Shown: piece after piece, positions 9,155 through 16,468 of the stretch
Position numbering within the stretch: the stretch's first letter is position 1
How the letters are laid out: every line of letters starts with the position of its first letter
Source of the DNA: Verrucomicrobiota bacterium
GTDB taxonomy: Bacteria > Verrucomicrobiota > Verrucomicrobiia > Opitutales > Opitutaceae
Direction: 5' to 3'
DNA length: 36,595 bases
NCBI GenBank assembly: GCA_039186805.1
Contig: JBCCZW010000001.1
Location: 1-36,595, forward strand
Position numbers and translations under genes: made by a program
Notes under the pieces: model-generated
What the model saw: only the letters and a program-made list of their open reading frames with translations
What the model was told of the DNA's origin: nothing
Databases searched by the model: none

Positions 9155-9805
9155 CTAAACCAAACCCTCTCGAATCGCCTTCGCGACCGCTCCGGTATTC
9201 GTGTTAACGTGCAGTTTATTATACAAACTCCTAATATGATTCGTTACGGTGTGCGTGCTGATACTCAATGCATCTGCGATCTCTTTGGTCAGCATACCGT
9301 CTGCCATTTGCTTGAGCACCTCTTTTTCGCGAGGACTTAAACCGTAGTCTTCGCCTCCCGCAACGCCCGTCTTTTCGAAACGATCGAATAGACCCAGGAC
9401 GCGCTGAGCCACAGCAGTATCCATCGGCGCTCCTCCTTCAGCCGCCTGCCGCACCGCCTTCACCACCGAATCCGAAGTTTCGGATTTCAACAAGTACCCA
9501 TTCGCCCCCGCGCACACCGCTTTGAAGATTTTGTCAGGATCGTTGAATACAGTCAGGATCACCACATTACAGCTCGGGATCCGCTCGCGAAACTCCTCCA
9601 GCGCCTCGAGTCCGTTCATTCCAGGTAAACCGACATCCAAGAGGATGACGTCGGGCGATTCGCTCTCGTCAATCGCCTTCAAAGCCCATTCTGCTCGGTC
9701 GAAATTCCCCGCGCAATTCACGCCATTCGCCGCATCCAAAGCTCTCGCTAAACCGCGACGATAAATTTCATTGTCCTCAATCAGCCAAACTTGAATTTCC
9801 TTCAT
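9155..9805 (-). CDS. NarL/LuxR-family response regulator (REC + HTH)
   Basis: REC domain with DVILLDVGLPGMNG. C-terminal LuxR HTH LSPREKEVLKQMADGMLTKEIADALSISTHTVTNHIRSLYNKL. It lies 13 nt downstream of the kinase gene. Confidence 0.9.
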   Translation of the reverse strand: MKEIQVWLIEDNEIYRRGLARALDAANGVNCAGNFDRAEWALKAIDESESPDVILLDVGLPGMNGLEALEEFRERIPSCNVVILTVFNDPDKIFKAVCAGANGYLLKSETSDSVVKAVRQAAEGGAPMDTAVAQRVLGLFDRFEKTGVAGGEDYGLSPREKEVLKQMADGMLTKEIADALSISTHTVTNHIRSLYNKLHVNTNTGAVAKAIREGLV

Positions 9806-9818
9806 TATAAATTCCTTT

Positions 9819-11882
9819 CTACTTTCTTCTCAATCGAATGGGCGCCTCAAAAATCACCTGAGTTCCCTCCCCCAGTTGACTCTCTATTCGCACCGAACCG
9901 CCAATACTATTCGCCCTTGTCGTTAGATTTCCAATACCATGTCCAAGCTTGGCGTCCTCTAACTTAAAACCCTTACCATCATCGCGCACCTCAAAGGTAA
10001 AGCGCTTTTCATCGCCCCCCAAGCTGCAAAAGACCGTCTTCGCATCCGCATGCTTAATCACATTCGTCAGACACTCCTTGTAGGAAAATAGAACCTGCCT
10101 TCGAAATTCGAAATCCAACAACTGCTCCGGCGCCTCATTGAAATGAAACTCGTGCTCCATGTGTCCCAAACCGGAGGGAGCCAACTGACGCATGTGGGCG
10201 ACCAATTTCGCTCGCGAAGATTCATTGTTATCCAATAACCAGACGATATCTCGCATGGCATGATTCGCCTCCCCGCTCGCTCTGCAAATGATATCGATAT
10301 CCTCGCGGACTGCCGGCGCAAGATCCGGATCGCTCAGCAAACTCTCGCTCAACAATCGCATCCCACCCAAGCGACTCCCCAAGTCGTCATGCAGGTCCCG
10401 CGATATACGGTCCCTGAGTTCTCGCTGCTTCGCCAAAAGCATACGCCTTCGTCTCACGAGATTGAATACAAACAAAATCGCCAACGTCCCAACTGTCGCC
10501 GTACTCGAAGCAAGCAAGCCCGCGACGGTGCTCTCAGCCAGCCTCTGGTTTTCAGCCTCCAGTTCGCCAATCTCAAGATCGAGCGCCTTTCTCTCCTCCA
10601 GATCATCGAGCCACTCGTCCAACTCGATCAAACGATTCTGACTACTGAAGCCATCCACGAGAAAAGCCTCATTCCAATAGCGACTGAAGGGCTCCCGGAT
10701 GCCGCCTATATCATAATACCTTACCTTTGATCCCATCGCCACATTCACGCCGGATTCGTACACCTGCATTTCGGACAAAGCCAACGAGTAAGAATTATTT
10801 GTAATGTGCCACAATTCCACCGCTTCCAGCCGCACGTATCTCGCTGGCTGGCCATCGCCCGGAAGAATAACGGGATTGTCGCCGGGGTTCGGGAACCACG
10901 CTTTCGTTCGATCCGCAATCACTCTGTAGTCCTTGAAATTACGATCGTTCGATGCGAGCACCCTGAAACGCCGCGGAAACCCATGACCATATTGACTCGG
11001 AGCATCCAAAGGCTGAGTTGGCAACAACCTCACCTCATCGATCCGCGCCGCCTCGCTCAATTCAACCTGCACCCACTTCGGCGACTGCGGCGATGGCGCC
11101 GGACGAGCCAGATATCCATTACTCGCGCTCGGCTCAGGCCTCACTGGTAAGCCTAAATCCGTCTGCCCGTCCATTAGACTCGCGCTGCTCCAATCAGGCA
11201 AAGAAGTGAACGAGTCCGCCTCGACGAAAGCGCCCAACGACAAATTCTGGTTTCCTGATAAAACCATGATTTCGCCCAAAGCCGTCAACACGCGTCCATC
11301 CGGGCGTTTCCAATGCTCAAGCACCTGCAGCTTCAAATAGCGCGTCGAAAGGCCCGGCGTAAGCACTTGCACCGGGTATTCCGGGCGCGCTTTCTCATCC
11401 GCATCCGAGGACTTATAAACGAGAGTTGCATTCCCGAAATTCGCGCTCTCCGACGCTTCTAATTGAAAGCGCGGAGGAAAGCCATAACCCCCGATCGTCT
11501 CTCCTTGAAACACCGTGCTAATCGGGAAGAAGGCAATGCGGTCCACCGACCATAAACGTCCGAGATCAATCAAAATTTCCAGCGGATCCTCTACGTCTTC
11601 TTGAAACCGGCTGTGAAAGCCCAAGCTCTCGCCATGTCTTCCCGGAGCCAAGGGAGCCAGCTGGTCGCGCCTCGACCTCAACTGCTTCAAGGTCCGCTCA
11701 TTCTCCTGAATCGATCCCCTCACATTCCGCGCGATTCGATAAGAAAGCGACCCGTCCGGCGACTCCTCTGCGCGCAGTTCTCCCCCAAGCCAGAGGGGCA
11801 GCATCGCAAGGAAACCGAATACTATTCGAAGAGGGTAGATGCTAAAAACCTCTCCTCCAACACGCCATTTTGTCAATGGCAT
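9819..11882 (-). CDS. sensor histidine kinase (HisKA_3 / NarL class) with a tandem discoidin (F5/8 type C, CBM32-like) periplasmic sensor region
   Basis: N-terminal TM segment and a ~410-aa periplasmic region with two internally homologous modules (GYGFPPRFQLEAS...TRYLKLQVLEHW...ALGEIMVL versus GHGFPRRFRVLAS...ARYVRLEAVELW...ALSEMQVY). Second TM segment GLLASSTATVGTLAILFVFNLV, H-box RDLHDDLG, and an ATPase G-box GHGIGNL...GEGTQV. Confidence 0.85.
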   Translation of the reverse strand: MPLTKWRVGGEVFSIYPLRIVFGFLAMLPLWLGGELRAEESPDGSLSYRIARNVRGSIQENERTLKQLRSRRDQLAPLAPGRHGESLGFHSRFQEDVEDPLEILIDLGRLWSVDRIAFFPISTVFQGETIGGYGFPPRFQLEASESANFGNATLVYKSSDADEKARPEYPVQVLTPGLSTRYLKLQVLEHWKRPDGRVLTALGEIMVLSGNQNLSLGAFVEADSFTSLPDWSSASLMDGQTDLGLPVRPEPSASNGYLARPAPSPQSPKWVQVELSEAARIDEVRLLPTQPLDAPSQYGHGFPRRFRVLASNDRNFKDYRVIADRTKAWFPNPGDNPVILPGDGQPARYVRLEAVELWHITNNSYSLALSEMQVYESGVNVAMGSKVRYYDIGGIREPFSRYWNEAFLVDGFSSQNRLIELDEWLDDLEERKALDLEIGELEAENQRLAESTVAGLLASSTATVGTLAILFVFNLVRRRRMLLAKQRELRDRISRDLHDDLGSRLGGMRLLSESLLSDPDLAPAVREDIDIICRASGEANHAMRDIVWLLDNNESSRAKLVAHMRQLAPSGLGHMEHEFHFNEAPEQLLDFEFRRQVLFSYKECLTNVIKHADAKTVFCSLGGDEKRFTFEVRDDGKGFKLEDAKLGHGIGNLTTRANSIGGSVRIESQLGEGTQVIFEAPIRLRRK

Positions 11883-11961
11883 TGGATAACTTGTCTAGAG
11901 ACGAAATCATGTCATATGATAAGTTTCCCTCAACTGATAATATCAGCTCCAAATAAATGTC
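11883..11961. promoter_or_regulatory. divergent control region between the kinase operon and P1
   Basis: 79-bp AT-rich spacer between divergent start codons. It holds a perfect palindrome CTGATA-A-TATCAG (11934-11946) and ATCAT-N5-ATGAT (11906-11920). Confidence 0.4.
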
Positions 11962-13050
11962 ATGACCTCGGAATCTCCCACTACTCAAACTCAACCTGAA
12001 GGTTACTTTACGCTCGAAAAGCGCCAGAACCGATGGTGGCTCATCACCCCCGAAGGAAAGCCCTTCTTCTCGCTCGGTCTCAACCACATAGATCCCGCAA
12101 CGCTCCGCTACCCGGAAAACATCCACCTCTGGCAGGATAAATATCGCGGAAGCAATCTAGTCTGGATCGAAGAATCAGTCGCTCCCAATCTCAAATCCTG
12201 GGGCTTCAACTCAGTCGGCTGGGTCCAAGAAGTCACCGTCCGCCAGTGGCGCCATTCGCGAGCCTTCACCGTCGACGAATACCGGGCGCTCGACATGCCC
12301 TACTGCCACCTGCTCCCCTTCACCGAATCGCACCAATGGGAGAAGCACACCGTCCACTACGACTTCCGCAGCGATGAATGGAAAGAATGGGTCGACTACG
12401 TCGTCCGCTCTCACTGCGCCGAACTCGCAGACGATCCCAACCTAATCGGATACTTCTACAGCGACTGCCCCGCCTGGATACACGACCTCAGCCAAAACAA
12501 GTGGAGAGGCCCTATCTTCGATCCCAAGATGTTGGATACGGAAGCTGGCCGCAAAGAGCTCTCTGAACTCGCCCACGGCTACTATAAGACCATCCACGAC
12601 GCCATTCGTCGCTACGACAAGCATCATCTCCTTCTCGGCGACCGCTACGAGAACAACATGCCTATCGCTGACGAAGTGGTAAGCGCAGCCCTGCCCTTCA
12701 TCGACGTTCTGTCCTTCCAGGACTTCAATAAGCCCGTTGAACGGCTCGCCAGCTGGTATCAGAAAACCGGCAAGCCCGTTCTTCTCGCCGACTCCGCTCG
12801 CGTCAAATGGCAAACCAAACCCGGCGAATTCACGCCCAACGACGGTGATTGGTACGCGGAAACGCTTGCCGGACTCTTCGATAATCCTGGCTGCGTTGGC
12901 TTTCATCTCTGCGGCGCCTACCAACGCAACAAAGCTCGCCGTTACGGTCTCTTAGACGAGCTGGAAAACCCCGACTCAGAACACGTCGATAAAATGACGG
13001 CCGCCAACCAACGGGTCACTAAAACGATCCAAGCCCTACCCTCCGGGTAG
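11962..13050 (+). CDS. P1: leaderless member of an unassigned TIM-barrel glycosidase-like family (WWL[VI]TPEG family)
   Basis: 362 aa, ATG start with in-frame stops upstream. By eye about four-fifths identical to P2 but without its Tat leader. Blocks WWLITPEGKPFFSLGLNH, SWGFNSVGW, DDPNLIGYFYSDCP, HHLLLGDRY, IDVLSFQDF, GKPVLLADS and GFHLCGAY. Confidence 0.85.
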   Translation: MTSESPTTQTQPEGYFTLEKRQNRWWLITPEGKPFFSLGLNHIDPATLRYPENIHLWQDKYRGSNLVWIEESVAPNLKSWGFNSVGWVQEVTVRQWRHSRAFTVDEYRALDMPYCHLLPFTESHQWEKHTVHYDFRSDEWKEWVDYVVRSHCAELADDPNLIGYFYSDCPAWIHDLSQNKWRGPIFDPKMLDTEAGRKELSELAHGYYKTIHDAIRRYDKHHLLLGDRYENNMPIADEVVSAALPFIDVLSFQDFNKPVERLASWYQKTGKPVLLADSARVKWQTKPGEFTPNDGDWYAETLAGLFDNPGCVGFHLCGAYQRNKARRYGLLDELENPDSEHVDKMTAANQRVTKTIQALPSG

Positions 13051-13162
13051 CCGCCTTTATCATCCTCGTCGCGGCAATCAAAAGCTCCCCGCAATTCGAT
13101 AAAATCCAACTAATTCTAAAATTCTCGTTAGATAAAACCCGCTGGGTCTATTAACCATTTAG

Positions 13163-13714
13163 ATGACTACCCCGGAAAACGATGAGCCGTCGCCCAATAA
13201 CGGCGATCTGGCGATGGAGATCACCTCCATTCAACCACGTCTATACGGTTTCATACTCAAGCGACTGGCCGATCGAGAGTACACGCTCGAAGTCCTCCAG
13301 CGCACCAATTTAGTCCTCTGCCGCAAAGCGAACGAATTTCAAAAAGGTTCCAGCTTCACCGCTTGGGCTTTCACGATCGCCAAGTTTCAAATCATGGCCT
13401 GGCGAAAGGATGAAGGCCGCAACCGGCTTGTTTTCACCGAAGACGTCTACGCCCTCCTCGATCGTTCTTCAGCAGATGAAGCAGACTCGGTCGATCGACG
13501 CATCCCCGTCCTCAAAGGCTGCCTCAATCGCCTGCGTCAGGACGAGAGAGAACTCATCCAGCAACGCTACCGCGATGGATTGAGCATAGAAGCGCTCGCC
13601 GGCAATCTCCAGTATTCCATCGACGCCATCGGTATGCGGCTCCTTCGCATCCGCAAAAAGCTCGGGACCTGCATCAGACTCAATCTGAATACGGAGGGTC
13701 AACATGAGCGCTGA
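13163..13714 (+). CDS. ECF-type sigma-70 family RNA polymerase sigma factor
   Basis: 183 aa. Region-2-like LYGFILKRLADREYTLEVLQRTNLVL...FTAWAFTIAKFQIMAWRK and region-4-like ERELIQQRYRDGLSIEALAGNLQYSIDAIGMRLLRIRKKL. Its stop overlaps the start of the next gene by 11 nt. Confidence 0.85.
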   Translation: MTTPENDEPSPNNGDLAMEITSIQPRLYGFILKRLADREYTLEVLQRTNLVLCRKANEFQKGSSFTAWAFTIAKFQIMAWRKDEGRNRLVFTEDVYALLDRSSADEADSVDRRIPVLKGCLNRLRQDERELIQQRYRDGLSIEALAGNLQYSIDAIGMRLLRIRKKLGTCIRLNLNTEGQHER

Positions 13715-15173
13715 TCCCGATACGCTTGAGGAGCTCGAGCATCTTGTATCCAAAATGTTGGAGCAAACGCTTTCGCAAAAAGAGAAAGCGCGACTCAACG
13801 AACTCCTTCTCGATTCAAAAGCCGCTCGCGCGCTCTACCACGAGATCCTCGACAATCACGAAGCCCTTTGCTCCATCTACCCCGGCGAGGTCTTCAACTC
13901 AGCGCTGGAAACTGAAAACGAGATCATAAGACCTGAACCCCCGAGGGTGACAGCCCCTCTGGCGAGGTTCCCCTCTCTGCCTATGATCGCCAGCGCGGCC
14001 GCGATCGCAATCGCTTTCATAACGGCCTTCGCTTTTCTCAATCCAAAGGAAGACGCGCAAAACACCGCCAGCAACAGTAACCAATCTTCGGATACGGTCG
14101 CCCGTCTCATCGCCAGCGTCGATGCGGTCTGGCAAGACGCTGCCCCCGCCCCCGGTTCCAGCCTCCCACCTGGGAGCTATTCGCTCGAGCAGGGATCGGC
14201 CGATCTTAAATTCGACGAGGGAGCCCGCATCACCCTCCGCGGACCGGCTCGCTTCAACCTGAAAAGCGCCAATCACCTGCACCTGCTATCCGGGAAAATG
14301 GTCGCCTATATTCCCGAAGATGCCCTCGGCTTCGCGGTGACCACGCCGCAAAGCGAGATCGTCGACCTGGGAACGGAATTCGGACTGGATGTCGTCGCAG
14401 ACGGGCGGACCGACATACACGTTATGGATGGTCTCGTTGAGGTGTATAGCCGTAATGCTTCTTCCGATACGGAAAAAATCCTTCAGACTGGCATCAAGAT
14501 AGAAGAAGGGCAAGCGCGTCGCCTCGAGAGCGCAGACGCCTTGCGCCTACAAGACATTCCCTTCTTCACCAGAGAGCAAATCCTGGGAAACCGCCGCTTC
14601 GAAAATCTGGGACTCAGCTTGCTTCGGGGAAGCGTCAAAGTGCGAAACGATTTCGCCACCCAAGACATATACGAAACGATTTCAGAGCAAAGTCGAATCG
14701 AGGTCATCCCCGAGAGTGAAGGAGTGCTGCTAGAACAAGACGCGGTCGTCACCTTCACTGAACCGGGGAAATACCGATTCTTCGGTCCCACAGGTAAGAC
14801 CATCCCAGCCGGTACTAAGGTAGACAGCTTCCTCCTCCACTTCCGCTCGGATGAAATGAAGATCATTCGCGGCGTCATCAAATTCGACCGTCCCATTCTA
14901 GGCTTGATCTGCGAGTCAGATCAACTCGCCGCAACCGACGCGCTCGTCGGCCTAGCCAGCGTCGATTACCCCAGCGCATCCTACTCCTTCCGTAGCCTAG
15001 AACCCCATAACTACAAGCAGGTAAGTAACCTCCCAGCCTACGATACAGGAGGTGGATTGTCCGCGGATGAAGTCACCCTTTCCCAAGATATGACCACCCT
15101 AGGTCTTCACGTAAACGTCATCCCAAACGAAGGCATGGACCAACTCAGAGTCCTCGTCCTCAGCAAAGACTAA
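13704..15173 (+). CDS. FecR-family transmembrane anti-sigma factor with an extended periplasmic C-terminal region
   Basis: Translationally coupled to the sigma gene. Single TM segment (FPSLPMIASAAAIAIAFITAFAFL, aa ~92-115). FecR-like block DLKFDEGARITLRGPARFNL...GKMVAYIPEDALGFAVTTPQSEIVDLGTEFGLDV...HVMDGLVEVY. About 200 further residues belong to no family I recognise. Confidence 0.8.
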   Translation: MSADPDTLEELEHLVSKMLEQTLSQKEKARLNELLLDSKAARALYHEILDNHEALCSIYPGEVFNSALETENEIIRPEPPRVTAPLARFPSLPMIASAAAIAIAFITAFAFLNPKEDAQNTASNSNQSSDTVARLIASVDAVWQDAAPAPGSSLPPGSYSLEQGSADLKFDEGARITLRGPARFNLKSANHLHLLSGKMVAYIPEDALGFAVTTPQSEIVDLGTEFGLDVVADGRTDIHVMDGLVEVYSRNASSDTEKILQTGIKIEEGQARRLESADALRLQDIPFFTREQILGNRRFENLGLSLLRGSVKVRNDFATQDIYETISEQSRIEVIPESEGVLLEQDAVVTFTEPGKYRFFGPTGKTIPAGTKVDSFLLHFRSDEMKIIRGVIKFDRPILGLICESDQLAATDALVGLASVDYPSASYSFRSLEPHNYKQVSNLPAYDTGGGLSADEVTLSQDMTTLGLHVNVIPNEGMDQLRVLVLSKD

Positions 15174-15195
15174 GCATTTTAACCCCTTCAAAAAC

Positions 15196-16362
15196 ATGAA
15201 TCCAGTAAATCGAAGACACTTCATCAAAGGTAGCCTGGCTGCCGGGGCCGGGGCCGCTCTCACTCCGCTATCCCACCTCGCCGCCGCAAATACACAGAAA
15301 ACCACTCAGTCGTCTCCCACCGGCTTCTTCACCTTAGACAATCGGAAGGACCACTGGTGGCTCATCACGCCAGAAGGAAAACCCTTCTTTACCTTAGGCA
15401 TCAACCATATCGACCCTGCCAGCCTTCGGTATCCAGAAAACATACACATCTGGAAAAACAAGTACGGCGGCAGCGCGATCCAATGGATCGAAGAATCGGT
15501 CGCTCCCAACCTCAAATCCTGGGGTTTCAACACGGTAGGCTGGGTCCAAGAAGTCACCGTTCCTCGGTGGCAACACTCCCGTCCTTTCACTGTCGACGAA
15601 TACCGGGCTCTCGACATGCCCTACTGCCACCTCATCCCTTTTACCGAATCGCACCAATGGGAAAAGCACACGGTTCATTACGACTTCCGCAGCAAAGACT
15701 GGGAAGAATGGGTCGACTACACAACCCGGTCGCATTGCGGCGAACTCAGCGAAGATCCTAACCTCATAGGCTACTTCTACAGCGACTGCCCGACCTGGGC
15801 CCACGATCGGCCCTTCAATCAGTGGAAAGGACCTATGTTCGATCCAGAGCGACTGAAGTCCGAAGCCGGTCGCAAAGAACTCAGAGAACTCGCTCACGCT
15901 TATTATAAAACTACCCACGACGCGATCCGACGCTACGACAAGCATCACCTTATCCTCGGCGACCGCTATGAAGCCAACGCTCCCATTCCAATGGAAGTCG
16001 TGGAACCCGCGCTCCCCTACATCGACGTCCTTTCTTTCCAAGACTTTCGCGATCCCATCAAGCACCTTGATGAATGGTACAAGAAGACCGGCAAGCCTGT
16101 CCTCCTCGCAGACGCCGCGGGAATCGGCGGTAAAATGGTCGACGGGTTCAAGCCCAACAACGGCCCCTGGTATTCAGATACCTTGCGCGCTCTCCACAAA
16201 AACCCGGGCTGCATCGGCTTCCACCTCTGCGGCGCCTATCAACGCAATAAAGCCCGCAGACGCGGACTCCTCGACGAACTCGAAAATCCCGACACCGAAC
16301 ACGTCGATATCATGACTCAAGCCAACCAAGACATCACCGCTTGGATGGCCAAGGAATTCTGA
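15196..16362 (+). CDS. P2: Tat-leader member of the unassigned glycosidase-like family
   Basis: 388 aa. Twin-arginine leader MNPVNRRHFIKGSLAAGAGAALTPLSHLAAA. The mature part is collinear with P1. It starts 22 nt after the anti-sigma stop. Confidence 0.85.
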   Translation: MNPVNRRHFIKGSLAAGAGAALTPLSHLAAANTQKTTQSSPTGFFTLDNRKDHWWLITPEGKPFFTLGINHIDPASLRYPENIHIWKNKYGGSAIQWIEESVAPNLKSWGFNTVGWVQEVTVPRWQHSRPFTVDEYRALDMPYCHLIPFTESHQWEKHTVHYDFRSKDWEEWVDYTTRSHCGELSEDPNLIGYFYSDCPTWAHDRPFNQWKGPMFDPERLKSEAGRKELRELAHAYYKTTHDAIRRYDKHHLILGDRYEANAPIPMEVVEPALPYIDVLSFQDFRDPIKHLDEWYKKTGKPVLLADAAGIGGKMVDGFKPNNGPWYSDTLRALHKNPGCIGFHLCGAYQRNKARRRGLLDELENPDTEHVDIMTQANQDITAWMAKEF

Positions 16363-16468
16363 TCGAACATAGCCTTACGCGGTCGCTGAACGCGTCTGTG
16401 AAGCTCACAAGAAACCTCCCCGTATTCCCTTTCTCGATACAGTTCAACGGAGCCTTGCCCTCCCCTCA

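Noticed and set aside
15394-16065. 223-aa minus-strand ORF, with a similar one at 12442-12924
   Set aside because: Both are antisense to P2 and P1. They resemble each other only because the underlying sense genes are duplicates. No start context or motifs support them.
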